Source of the DNA: Octopus sinensis
Taxonomy: Eukaryota
Length of the DNA: 64,000 nucleotides
Reading direction: 5' to 3'
NCBI RefSeq assembly: GCF_006345805.1
Contig: NW_021832595.1
Span: 45,010-109,009, forward strand
This document shows positions 1 to 14,300 of the stretch, piece after piece. The position numbers were made by a program, and so were the translations under genes. Position 1 is the stretch's first letter; every line of letters begins with the position of its first letter. The notes under the pieces were generated by a model. It searched no databases. It worked only from the letters and a program-made list of their open reading frames with translations, and was not told the DNA's origin.

Positions 1-388
1 GCTGGCCCCCGTGCCGGTGACACGTAAAAGCACCGTCCGTTCATGGCCATTTGCCAGCTCTGTCTGGCCCCGTGTCGGTGGCATGTAAAAGCACCATCCG
101 TTCGTGTCCGTTGCCAGCATTGCCTGGCCCCGTGCCGGTGACACGTAAAAACACCATCCGTTCGTGGCCGTTCGCCAGCTCTGTCTGGCACCTGTGCAGG
201 TGGCACGTAAAAAACACCCACTACACTCGCGGAGTGGTTGGCGTTAGGAAGGGCATCCAGCCGTAGAAACACTGCCAAATCTGACTGGGCCTGATGAAGC
301 CCTCCGGCTTCACAGACCCCAGTTAAACCGTCCAACCCATGCTAGCATGGAAAACGGACGCTAAATGATGATGATGATGATGATGATA
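1..388 (+). mobile_element. Abundant RTE-LINE-related 3' tail/SINE with ~62-bp internal subrepeats and (GAT)n tail
   Basis: Ends ccaacccatgctagcatggaaaacggacgctaaatgatgatg. The same tail recurs many times (e.g. 7140-7320, 21310-21475, 58985-59155; minus-strand copies near 4750, 10310, 21750, 36530, 37360, 54190) and follows RTE ORF2 remnants at 20400-20630 and 61900-62110. Confidence 0.75.
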
Positions 389-497
389 TTACTTTGTCTT
401 CAAATAATTTCCTGTATTTACCCACTGAACTCCCCAGCTCACCCCTAATCCCTCACCAACGAAATGATTTTATCTTTTTACTTTTTCATAATTTTAG

Positions 498-2029
498 TTG
501 TGCTGGACGTTTGTAGCAGAGATCATATACTGCAAAATGTGGAGTTAGATGTTCAACCGTTCTGGGAACCATGTGAAGAAAATACCATTTCAAGCCAGCA
601 AGTCCATGACTATTTACTACCTTCCAAGTTCCATCTGACTTTCTTACAGAAACATAAAATCATAGTTAATGACCAATTAATGAGATGGGCTGAAGTAATT
701 TGGAAAGATTCCAAGTTTAATAAACTGAAATTAAGTTATTCTGAAGGAAATTTGAAGCAAATTGAACAACGTTTGGAAGAGTTATTAAATTCCATTATGT
801 TGAAATTATTGATGTTCCAACCGATATTTTTGAAGAAGTTGCTAGAACATTTAAAAGTGAAGAGGATAAGGTGTATTTTTATTTTGATAACCGAAATTTC
901 CAAGCTAATATTTTGGGATTTAATAAAAGTAACGTGATTAAAATGAAAAACAGACTTTTGGATACTTTTAGAAGGAAATGTGAGTTTAATTTAAATATTC
1001 ATGAAAGACGTATTCTATCTGGTCACAGATTTTTTGAGCAGGCAGAAAGACAATTTGAAGGTCTACAAGTCAGAATTCATGGTAACAAAGTTGTTTTTGA
1101 ATGCCAGTATTCCAAAGTAGCTAATTGTCAAAATAGTATGTATAAAATTCTTCAATCAATGGTTAAATCTGAATTGTGTTTGCCTTAAATACTGGAATGA
1201 TCATAAATAAAAAACCAGTGAAAGAATATCTTGATGACAAACTGAGGAACAAGAATTGTATTGGTTCATGGGAAACGGGTGATGGTGATTCAGTAATACT
1301 TATGCAAGTGATAAAACACATCTTTCACTTTTGGAAATAATTCTGAAACAAACTTTTGTTGCCAATACATTGAATTTTATTGATAAAATTAAGGATACTC
1401 CAAATTATGGAAAGTGGCTGACATTTGTTGAAAAACTAAAAGAAGAGTTTCCAGATTTCCATTTTATTGGAGAAAATTCTATTGTTGCTATTGATGCTGT
1501 AGTTAATGCTATAAAAAACAAAATTGCTAACTTTAAGCAATCTTTAACTTATGAATCTTATATATTGATGCCTCTTGAACATTTCCTCTTTCTTAAGAGT
1601 TCAAAGAACAAGAAATCAATGACTTTGGTGCGAAAAATAAAATTAAGAATGTGTGTCTCAAAGATTATAAGTTACACCTGGAAGGAACACAAGAGCAAAT
1701 TAAAAAACTGGAAACATTTATAGAAAATTTAAGAAAGGATACCAGCTCACAAGAAGTGAAATTAGAAATGTTTAGATTTCGAGAATTTCTGCAGAGTGAA
1801 GAAGGAAACACTTTCTTGTGTGAAATGCAGAAGAAATCTGAGAGTATAATATCTTTAAATTCAGATTTAGGAAGTGAAACAGACGGAATACTAAATTTTG
1901 TGTATAAAAACTGTGAAATAGTGTTGAAGGAAGATGACATCACGACTCTGGACACAGATGCTATTGTTAATGCTGCAAATGGTAAATTGGATCATAAGGG
2001 AGGAATTGCGGCAGCCATTGTGCAGAAAG
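498..2029 (+). CDS. PARP14: Exon A (large): end of RRM-like/KH-like region plus start of macrodomain 1; four -1 frameshifts as assembled
   Basis: Acceptor ttttag at 492-497, donor AAG/gtgagt at 2030. ORFs 464-937, 871-1188, 1331-1723, 1651-2037 and an unlisted frame 1188-1300 join into one stop-free frame if one base is added at 795, 1185, 1300 and 1603. Ends ...[32 protein letters not shown]. Confidence 0.85.
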
Positions 2030-2224
2030 GTGAGTAATACCATTTTTTATAGTTCATGTTTCTTTTAGATCCAAGTGTGGTTGAGAGGCTTGCTTCCTGA
2101 CCATGTGGTTTCAAGTTCAATCCTACTCAGCATTTTGGACAAGTGTCTTCTATTATAGGTCAATAGTTGGCCAAAGCCTTGGGAGTGGGTTTCGTTGATA
2201 GAAACTGAAAGAAGCTCATTGTAT

Positions 2225-2276
<52 letters not shown>

Positions 2277-5200
2277 GGGGGGTAACCAGGTGTAAATGAA
2301 CATCACCATCACACACTTTTTACTTATTATATATTGTTCATTCATTTTTATACTTTTTGATATCTAGTTATACGTTTTATAAAAATATATTTGTTATTTA
2401 TGTTTTGGTTTATGTCTATCACTGTTTGAGTTGCATAATATTGTGCCATTTCCAGTCTTCCATGAAAAACATGTCTGACCATGGAAAAATATTCCCTCAT
2501 TTGGAAACATGTGGCAATTGGCTACAAGAAGGACATCCAACAATGGACATTAAAATACGGTGGTGGTGAATTGTTTATAGATTTGAGACACTTGATCACT
2601 GACCAGTCCCCAAAATCTGGATAATTATAAATGATTGCAGCAATGTTACATTCCATTTAAAGAAACTTATGTCTGATGCAATGCTGATCTCTTCTTCTGT
2701 TACACTCCATTCCATACCACTTGTGTCTCTCATGCTTCTATGTAGTTGCTCATCCTACTTTCCCCTCTCTTATCTCCTCTCTATCACTCACGTTCATCAT
2801 TCCTTGCCATGTTACTCTTCCTCTTATCTTTATGTCCTTTTTTCCCCTTCATTCTTAAACTCTCCTACCATTATCAACTGCAAATGTTTGCCAAGTCCTG
2901 AACTGCCCTTAACTACAATTCAAAAAATATTGTCGTTCAGGTTTGGAAAACATCCCCTCCCTCCAAATGTCCCCACCACCTACATGACCTACAAGCCTGT
3001 AGCTCTTTCCCTTCTCGTGTCACTAAACCTGAATTCGCCCTTTGCTCTTCCCTACACTGCCATACATTTCCCTTCCTCTCTAGCACCACCATCTTCACTG
3101 GTGCTCACGACTGCTCCTTCCATATCATTGATTCCTTCTCTTGCACCTTCCGTAATCTGATTTACTCCATCCCCTTCACTCTTTGCCATTCCCCATACAT
3201 TGGACCGACTGGTTGCTGCCTGTTTGATGAACACCTTCACATCATCAAGCTCTGTAATGACCCCCTGGTCTTGTGCCATTACTGCTTCATTGCTCATTCC
3301 CTGCAACATCTGTTCATGTTCAGACTGGCTTTGTAACAAATGCCACCCAGACTCCTGTCTCCATATAGAACGGGAAATAATTCTCCTTCTCTGTAGTCAA
3401 GTCTCTTACAGTCTAAATTCTGCATCCCTTTTCATTTCAAACCCTCCTTCACCTACAAACCACCCACTACTTACATTCCCAGTGTCCCCTCAACATCTAC
3501 CCACCCACACACACACCTACTCTACACTGTTGAACTCATTACCCAACACCACATTCAAACAGCATGTACACACATCCACATGCACTCATTCCTTCTCCTC
3601 CTCCTTTGCCCACACTGGCACCCACCCACCCCTCATGCTACCCATCCTCACGCTTATAACAGCAACTATATCATAACACACCTACACTTCCCAACACCTA
3701 CCACTTTCCTCACCCATCTTCCACCAAACACCTCTATCCAGTTTCACACTTAACACATTGAATCGGATGTCTGATAGTTTCATAAATATACACACAAAAA
3801 TAGAAAGCAGGGGCGCACACACATACACACACTCACACAAGATATGCACTCAATAGCTTCATATATACACACACACATCTACACATACACGCATAAACAC
3901 ACACTTCTACACATAAACTCACAAACACACACACAGTGTACATGCACACAATAGCTATATATATACATCCTCTTGCTTGCACACACAGTTGCATTGCATA
4001 AGCCTTATACACACACACATAAACCAAAAGGATGGACTTACATACACACATGCATAGATACTTATACACAGTACTCACACACATGTGTGCTCACATACAC
4101 GTGTCAAGTTCATAGTTGTCTCCCTTGTCACTAGCACTTCAAGTCAGCTCTCATAGATGTCTCCCTAGGTTGCCAGAACCACTCACATCTTCAGCAACCT
4201 CTTCCTCCTCTCATCATTTCAGCTTGTAGTGACACTCTGACACAAGTTTCTCCTCTTCTCTCTCTATTTTTCTCTCTCTCTTCTTCTATTCCTTTTGTCA
4301 AAGAGTAGGCTCAGAATGTTAGACACTTCCTAATTTCTCTAAGCATAAAGTTGATACGCTTCTGCTGTGGAGGACAGGTCTTCTTGAGCACAGCAAGCCA
4401 CCAGGTATCTTGGTCCTTTGTCATCTCGTCCAAAAGGTTCACCGTTCTCAGGTTGTTCTTCAGTACTTCGCCCTGTTTTCCTGGGCCTCCCTCTTCCACA
4501 AGCCCCATCCACTTTGAATGTACAGCACTTCTTCGTGGAGCTGTCAGCATCCATCCACATCACATGTCTAAGCCAGCACTCTCTTCTCTCACACACTGCA
4601 TCTAATTCTTCTTATGCCAAACTTCTCAATACACTAACATTCTGTTGCATATATATACATATACACACTTGTGTGTGTATATATAGAAGTAACGTATTAT
4701 AGAATTAAAATATAATACATATATTGATATAATATATCACAATATCATTATCATCATTGCTTAATGTCCGTTTTCCATGTTGGCATAGGTTGGTCAGTTT
4801 GACTGAAAAAGGCAGCAAGTGGGCAGAAACGTTAGCACGCGAAATGCGTGATGGTATTTCGTCTGCCATTAAGTTCTGAGTTCAAATTCCGCCGAGGTTG
4901 ACTTTGCCTTTCATCCTTTCGGGGTCGATTAAATAAGTACCAGTTATGCACTGGGGTCGATATAATTGACTTAATCCGTGTGTCTGTCCTTGTTTGTCCT
5001 CTCTGTGTCTAGCCCCTTGTGGGCAGTAAAGAAATAGGTTTGACTGAAAACTGGTAAGCCAGGGGATTGCATCAGCTACCAATCTGATTTGGCAAAGATT
5101 CTACGGCTTGATGCCCTTCCTAATGCCACCCACTCTGAGAGTGTAGTGGATGTTTTTTACATGCCACTGGCACGGATGCCATTGGCCTGACACTGGCATT

Positions 5201-8035
5201 GGCCATGACTACAGTCTCACTTGTTTTGACAGGTCTGTACAAGCACGGTATCTTACCAAAGGTCTCGGTCACCTGTGACTGCTTCCATGTGACCCAATGC
5301 TCAAACGGTGCTTTTTGTGTGCCACTGGCATCAGCCATGACTATGGTTTGACAGGTCCTCACAAGCTCAGCATATCACCCAACATCTGAAGGGTGCTTTA
5401 TATGGGCCAGTTATGCTACAATGGCATTGGCCATTACTCCAATCTCACTTGGCTTGACAGGTCATCTCAAACATCACATATTGTCAAAGATCTTCGTCAC
5501 TGCCTCTGTCAGGTTCAAAGTATGAAGGTCATGCTTCACCACCTCATCCCATTTCTTCCTGGATCTACCTCTTCCACATGTTCCCTCCACTGTTAGGGTG
5601 TGACACTTCTTCATACAACTGTCCTCATCTACATGCATCACATGACCATACCAGTGCAGTCATCCCTCTTGCACACAACATCTGATGCCTCTTATCCCTA
5701 ACTTTTCTTTCAAGATGCTTACACTCTGTCAAACATACACACTGACATTGCACATCCAGTGAAGCATACTGGATTCATTTCTTTCAACCCTACATATGTC
5801 CTTGGCTCTCACAGCCCATGTTTCACTGCTATGTAGCGTAGCTGTTCGCACACAGGCATCATACAATCTTACTTTCACCTTTGGTTGCCAGCAGGGTCAG
5901 GAGCTCTCTGAATTTTGCCCTGCCATTTTTATTCTCACTGCTACACTCTCAGAGTATCCACCTCCACTGATGATTTGGTCACATAGATAACAGAAGCTAT
6001 CTACTACCTCTAGCTTAGACCTCTGGCATTTGATGGAGTCTCTTTTCTGTACATTTCTAGTGTTTATCGTACATGTGCCTACTCCACACACACAAACTTT
6101 TTTCCCTGTTAATCTTCCTTTGATATTGCTGCACCTTTTATGTGTCCATAGCTTACACCAGGTACATCTTACGGAGTTGCTACCTATGCCTTTTCTTCAG
6201 ATTGAGCAGGGATATTTGGAGGGATTTGTGATTTGTCTGCCTTACTGCTTTCAGTTTTGCCTGGTTAACTCTAAAGCCCTTCAATTCTAGACCTTCTTTC
6301 TATACTTAAATATATTAATTTATGATATATATTAACATATATTAGCATGTATTAAACAGAAACTTAAGAAAGCAAATATCTTTGCAGGTGGGTTTGAAAT
6401 TCAGGCGGAATCTAACAAAATTATGAATCAAAGAAGGAGTGAACTGAAAACTGGAGAAGTAGTGTCAACTAAAGCTGGTAAACTCAAATGCAAGACTATC
6501 ATTCATGCTGTTGGACCCGTTTGGAATAATGGACGAACCAATGAAATTTTTCACCTTTCAAGAGCTGTTCAAAATTGTTTGGCATTCCTTGAAGAAAAGT
6601 CTTATACATCAATTGCAATTCCTGCCATCAGTACAGGTAAGAATTTACCATTTTTATTCTGTTCAAATTATTTGGTATAGAAATAGTAATTACACTATTT
6701 AGTGTATAGCAAGGCAACTATCCTGTCCCTCTATTCTAACCTCTCCCCTGGCACCCATCCACTTCCCTTGGTTTCACTCCCCCTCTCAACTAAAAGCCTT
6801 TGTCTTGCAAGTAACTTGGCCATCCCACAGGTGCTTTTTACGTGACACCAGCTCCTGTGACGGTGTCACATAAAAAGCACCCAGTGCATTCTCTAAAGTG
6901 GTTGGCATTCTGTAAAGGAAGGGCATCCAGCCATAGAACCTATACCAAAAGAGAAAATTGGTGCCTGGGCAGCTCTCTGGCCTTGAAAACAGATGTGAAA
7001 TGATGATGATGATGATAATGACTGGTGTCCGTGTCGGTGAATGCCGCTTGACTGGCGTCCGTGTCCGTGACATGTAAAAGCACAAACTGATCGTGGCCGT
7101 TTGCCAGCCTCCTGTAGCTCCTGTGCTGGTGGCACCTAATAAACACCCACTACACTCACAGAGTGGTTGGCGTTAGGAAGGGCATCCAGCTGTAGAAACA
7201 CTGCCAAACCAGACTGGAGCATGGTGCAGCCTCCATGGCTTACCAGACCCCGGTCGAACCGTCCAACCCATGCCAGTATGGAAAACGGACGTTAATGATG
7301 ATGGGGATGATGATGATATATTATTGTAGGAGATGTGGCAGCATGGTTAAAAAGCTGATGTTCCACATGATTTCTGATTCAGTTCCCTGGCAAGTCTTTT
7401 ATTATAGACATGGGATGGCCAAAACCTTCTCAGTGGATTTGGTAGCCAGGAATTGAAAAGAGGCCTGTTGTGGCACAACTGACATTCTACAAGTACACTA
7501 TTTGTTGTTGTTGTGTGAGTGTGTGACAGTCCCGGCACCCAAGCAGACAATTCTTGTCTGCCAACACTAACAATATGAGTGCCTTTATGAACCATATGAG
7601 AGGTTCTCTCACAGTAAATAACATAGCATTTGGTGCTCAAACACAACATCCACATTTAGTTGGATATAAAAATTGCCTGTTGGTATTACTATTGCTTCTG
7701 TTGCTGTTAATTACCTTTTTCATAGGCTTGCTAGCTATTTGCAAAATCAGTGCCTTAACAGATACTGAAATTCTATACATGGTCAATAGATTTGGCTGTT
7801 ATGTCTCCACTAGATGTCTTCTACTGAAGAGTCCAGGCAGGATGAAATCATGTCATCGTAGCAGATGGTTCTCGTCTGTTAAAAATATAAATATGAGTAA
7901 TTTTATGCACCCAAGGCCCTGTGGGAGGTCCTCTTGAGGTAAATAATGCAGTTCTCTCTGTTCTAACATGACCTTTATGTTAAGTTGGATATAAAGATTG
8001 CTTTTCATATTAATACTGCTTGAGTCAACAATAAT

Positions 8036-8070
<35 letters not shown>

Positions 8071-8445
8071 ATACGTACATATATATATTTGTACATATAT
8101 ATATATATATATATCTGTATATACAAACATAGAAGAGATACCTGAAGAATAGGATATCTGACTCGCTAGAAAGAGCAGTTAAAAACACCAAGCCACCAAT
8201 TGTTGTAATTCCCAAATTATTTTTCAATCACTTTCGGAATTACAACAATTGGTGGCTTGGAGTTTTTAACTGCTCTTTCTAGCGAGTCAGATATCCTGTT
8301 CTTTGGGTATCTCTTTTGTGTTTGAATGTACACTGTATTCTTCTCTGAATGATATATAGTCTATTGACTAATTTTTTCTCTCTAGTCCATTGGTAACTAA
8401 GAATTTTTCGATAAATATTCTTGTTACCCTAAGTTTTTAAATATA

Positions 8446-8502
<57 letters not shown>

Positions 8503-8744
8503 ATAATATTAGGGAATAAATCCAAACTTACAGGGAAAAATGGGATTTAGGATTAAATCCAATCTTATTGTATAAATATATTATATTATATTATATTATA
8601 TTAAATTAAATTAGAGATAAAACCACTATTAGGCAAATCAAACAGTGAAAAACATAAGCCAATACATAAAATTAATTTTAAAATATAAAGTTAAAAATAA
8701 AAAATTATTTAAATAATTTAAACTTATAAATTATATATATATAT

Positions 8745-8790
<46 letters not shown>

Positions 8791-11363
8791 ATTTTTATAT
8801 TTATATATTATTTTATTTCTTAATTAATTAATTAATTAATTTTTTTTATATATCAAAAGTATTAAAAGTTTAATAGAAGATAAAGAGTAAAACACTACGA
8901 TCGTTTCATGGCTGTACCAATTCGAATAACAATAATTTAAATTCAATTAATAATTCGAGTTATGGTTACAGTCAATCTTCAGGTTAATTGAAATATGTTA
9001 AAAATAATCAGAAATATTTAAACAATATTTTTAAGATATAAATAATATAATAATTTTACTTATAATAAACTCTATTATCAAACTAGAAACTTAAAACTTA
9101 ACAATTATGATTATATCAAAATCAATTATAATGTTAAATATTAATTTCAATTTATAAGGTAGGAAACACACCAATAATCTAATATCGGTAATAGTCTATA
9201 TCTAATTACATAAATATTAAAAAAAACAAAAAAACTATTATATACAAATTATCAATGAAAATATATAAATGTATATAAATATTATAATTAAGATCTAAAA
9301 TAATCTCTATAAATAAATATATATGTACATATAATAAAAACCTAATAAATTAATTTTTCATATTTAAAGATGAAATAGCTAATTTTAAAAATACAAACAA
9401 ACAAACTTAAACGAACTTTCAGAAATCTTATGTAAAATACTTATAGAAATAATCAATTCGTAGTTATATAGTATCGAATAAATACTATAAATATAATTAT
9501 CAATGGGAATAACTAGCGAATATCAATTTTAAAAGACAATAACTAAGTTATGCTATTAAGTTAGACAGGGCCTGGACCAATCTTTAGTCGAAACATATCT
9601 AAGTTTATCAAAGTTTATCTAATTTTAATTATAAAAAATTTAAAACTACAATTAATACTATTAATACATGTATATACAAAAGCCTAACTTTAGATACCTC
9701 CACTTGCAAAGACCTGTTGAAGTAAGTGAAATCATTGTTGTGGCTGATGACAGAACCGCCTAATTGGTACCTGTGCCGGTGGAACGTTAAAAGCACCATT
9801 CGAGTGTGATCGTTGCCAGTGCTGCCTAACTGCTTCCTGTGCTGCTGGCACGTAAAAAGCACAATTCAAGCATGGTCATTGCCAGCGTCGCCTGACTGGC
9901 TCCTGTGCAGTTGGCATGTAAAAAGCACAACTTGAACATGGTCAATGCCAGTACCGCCTGACTGGCCCTTGTGCCGGTGGCATGTTAATGCATGCACTAC
10001 ACTCTCGGAGTGGCTGGTGTTAGAAAGGGCATCCAGCTATAGAAACTTTGCCAGATCAGATTGGAGCTTGGTGCCAGCCAACAGTCATACCGTCCAACCC
10101 ATGCCAGCATGGAAAGCAGACATTAAACCTTCATTGCACTGTCCTAACTGGCCCAAACTTCGAAGTCACTGTCAGTAATATTCCTGCCCAAATGTAATGA
10201 ATTTGTTCTCTACAAAAGGAGAGAGTAAACTATCCGATTAGTATGAAATTGTTCCTATTATAACTGAACATAGAAGCAAACATTAACTACATATAAATAT
10301 CATCATCATCATTTAATGTTCGTTGTCCATGCTGGCATGGGTTGGATGATTCGACTGGGTTGGCATGCTGGAAGGCTGCACCAGGCTCCAGTCTGATTTG
10401 GCATATTTCTCTACAGCTAGATGCCTTTCCTAATGCCAACCACTCTGAGAGCGTAATAGGTGCTTTTACGTGCCACAGGCACAGGTGCCATTTGTATGAT
10501 ACTGGTATCTGCCATGACTGCAATTTTGCTAGGCATAATGGGTCTTCATCTCATAATGCCCAAGGTCTTGGTCATTGCCTCCATGAGGCCCAAGACTCGG
10601 AAGGAGCTTGGCCACTTTGCCTCCATGAGGTCCAGCACTCGAAAGGAACTCAAACATCTCACCTCCGTGAGGCCCAACATTCAAATGGAACTCAGCTTCT
10701 TTGCCTCCATCAGATCCAATGCTTGAAAGGAACTAGTCACTATGCCTCCATGATGCCCAAGGTTTGAAAGGTACTCAGGTATTTTTGCCACTGAGAGGTC
10801 TAATGCTCGAAAGGTACTCAGCCACTTTGCCTCCATGAGGCCCAACATTCAAAAGATGTTCTTTAGGTGCCACCAGCATAGTTTCACTTGGCTTAATAGG
10901 TCCTCTTAAGCAGAACACATCGCCAAAGGTCTCGGTCACTTGTCTGCCTCTGTGAGGTTCAAAGGTCATGCTTCACCACCTCATCCCATTTCTTCCTGGG
11001 CCTACTGCTATCACAGGTGCCATCCACAGTTAGAGATCAGCACATCTTTACATAGCTGTCCTCATCCATATGCATCACATGACCATACCAGCATAGGTGT
11101 CTCTCTTGAACACCACTTCTAACACTTTATACATATGTGTGTGTAATCAAATGATAGTTATAAACAAGGATCACCATCTTACAAGCATTTCTGATCTTCA
11201 ATGAAAACATGTGTGGCCATGGGGCAATATTAGCTTCCTTGGCAAGGGCTGGTGATAGGAATGTCAGCTACACATAGAAAATTTGCCTCAACCAATTCCA
11301 CCTGAAGCATGAAAAAAGAGACATTAAAGTTATTATTATTATCATTATTATTATTGTTATTTC

Positions 11364-11397
<34 letters not shown>

Positions 11398-14300
11398 TAA
11401 CTGTACAAACAACGAAGAAAAGAAACGTGTTCAAGAAGAGAGAGAGACAAACTTAGATCTTATTAAATACTGTCGTATATTAATGAGTGTAAAGACCCCC
11501 CACCCCCGGTCATGAATGGCCATGATATTGCACCTAGAAAGTTCTCCTCTGTCTATTAAAGAATCTTCTTGTAAATGATGGAATTGTGTTGTTTCTTGGT
11601 ATTGCAGCTGATAAATTACTGAAATTATATCATATGTTAATCTATATGTATAAAACAAAGTATGTCTGTGTTTGTAATATGTATGTATTTCTACAGTTTT
11701 CAACTGATTTTCACCAAACTTTACACACACATTACTTATGTGCCATGGATGTTTATGCACTATAACATTTTGTCCAGAGCTCCCACGCAATGTGACAAAC
11801 TGACCATAAAAAAGTTCTTTACATGGCTTTTTCTCTAAAAACTGCAGTTTTTAACTGATTCTCTCTCTCTATTAATCTCTTTTCCTTTTTCCCACTTTCA
11901 CATATACAAATATTCATTTCTTTCTTTCTCTCTCTCTATTTCTCACTCTCACTCTATTTCTCACGCTCTCTCTAACTCACTCTCTCTCTATTTCTCACTC
12001 CCTCTCTCTCTATTTCTCACTCACTTTCTCTCTCTTTCTCACTCTCTCTCTCTTTATTTCTCACTCTCTCTTTATTTCTTACTCTCTCTCTCTATTTTTC
12101 ACTATATCTCTCTATTTCTCACTCTCTATTTCTCCCTCTCTCTATATTTCTCACTCTCTCACTCTCTATTTCTCCCTCTGTCTCTCTCTCTCTATTTCTC
12201 ACTCTCTCCCTCTCTATTTCTCTCTCTATGAAAATTGGCTTCAGTGTGTTTCAGTTTTGTCGTGCGTATATATATATATATATATATATCGTTGTCTTCA
12301 TGCTATCTGAATGTTCTCCCCACAACATTACTTTGCTTATTTTAAGTTTCCTGCACTCTCTCTATTTAAATGCACCATTTACATTTCTCCCTCTATCGGA
12401 AACCATTGTGTAATATTGTTTCCCTTTCATTCTTTCACTTTTGTGTGTGTGTTTGTGCATTCAATAAGGATGAAAATAGTACAGGACATTTCAAACCTTG
12501 ACAATGATGATGTCACTTATACAAGTGTGTATGTATCTCTGAGTGTATGTGTGTGTGGGTGTACGAGTGTGTGTGTGTCTCTCTGACTGTGTGTGGGTTT
12601 TCACACTAGGTACATTATTAAACACATGCACATCTACACATATGCATACACATGTGATGACTGATATGCGTGAATGTATGTCTGCATGTGTCTCTCTTAT
12701 TATATGTATATGTCTGTTTGTGAGAGTGTATGTGTGCGTATCGTCGCATGTGTATGTGTCTGTGAGTGCGTGTGTGTTTGCGTGCCCACTACCTACATCA
12801 GTGCTTTTCAAACTTTTTGCTGGAGCAGAACCCCAAGGAAACATTCCACTGGCTCGAGGAACCCCTGTGCAATAATTTAATAGTCTTATGCACACATATC
12901 TGCACAAGAGACTTAAAAATTACTGCCAATTTTAGCAGTTTTGTAACTTTTTGCGGAACCCCTGGACTGTACTGGTGGAACCCTAAGGATCCGTGGAACC
13001 CTGGCTGAAAACCACTGACCTACATTATTAAACAAGCTATCATCTACACAACCTCTTGACAAAAAACAATTACGTGGAAGGTCCAAATTATATGAAAATA
13101 CATATCTACCGTTCCATTAACAGTTCATAATTATTGCAGCAGTTACAAGGGTGCAGGGTATTTGCAAATTGCTTATATTTGGTTAATTTATACAGTATAC
13201 AAAAATATAGACATACTACATGCTTTCAAAAATAGAGATTAATGTATATTTTTTCTATGTTTATAATTTTTTGTTTAGAATATTGAAAAAAATTATGCCA
13301 CCAAAGGAAAAACATAATCTTTCCAGAAACATCTATAAAGCAAGGAGTGCAGAAAACTGAAGGCGAGAGTCTCAAGAGATAATGGACATAAGACTTTGTC
13401 AACATCAGTAAAAGCATACTGTTGTTGTTAAGCAACAAGATGGGTAAAGGTGATTAGGTGATGGTCACGGGCTTAGGGGCGGGAGACCCCAGACCTTGGG
13501 AAAAAAAAAAAAAACTTTGGTCGTCTTGTAGTTGAGGGCTCTTCGTTGACACCCGACATCACTGGGAGGTGGCCCTCGAAGTCGCTGGAAATGGAGATCT
13601 CCAGGTCCAAATTCTTGAACGGCGTAGAAGCATGCTGCAGCATGTCAGATGTAGTCTCAATACAGAAGGGGCATGACACTTTCCAAAGAACACCAAACGC
13701 ATGCTGCAACGCATCAAATGGAGTCTGAAGACAGAAGATGAGACTTTCTGAACATCAGCAATGGCATGCTGCAGTACATCAGATGGAGTCTCAAGAGGGA
13801 AGAAGGGACATGACACTTTCCAAAGATCACCAAACACATGCTGCAACACATCATATAGGACCTCAAGAGAGAAGGGAGATGAGACTTTCTGAAGATCAAC
13901 AAAGGCATTCTGCTGGACATCAGATGGAGTCTCAAGACAGAAAGGAGATGAGACTTTCTGAAGATCAGCAAAGGCATTCTGCTGGACATCAGATGGAGTC
14001 TCAAGACAGAAAGGAGATGAGACTTTCTGAAGATCAGCAAAGGCATTCTGCTGGACATCAGATGGAGTCTCAAGACAGAAAGGAGATGAGACTTTCTGAA
14101 GATCAGCAAAGGCATTCTGCTGGACATCAGATGGAGTCTCAAGACAGAAAGGAGATGAGACTTTCTGAAGATCAGCAAAGGCATTCTGCTGGACATCAGA
14201 TGGAGTCTCAAGACAGAAGGAGATGAGACTTTCTGAAGATCAGCAAAGGCATTCTGCTGGACATCAGATGGAGTCTCAAGACAGAAAGGAGATGAGACTT

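Noticed and set aside
283-312. Hammerhead in the first SINE (ctgatgaagcc...ggcttc)
   Set aside because: No GAAA after the stem; other copies read ctggtgcagcc, so CTGATGA is a chance variant.
2669-3700. ORFs of 95-163 aa as a nested host gene
   Set aside because: Purine/pyrimidine-skewed low-complexity sequence, possibly a decayed LINE ORF1; no convincing domain or splice structure.
8480-9650. Mitochondrial control-region NUMT
   Set aside because: AT-rich, but no recognisable mt tRNA, rRNA or CDS fragments at its flanks.
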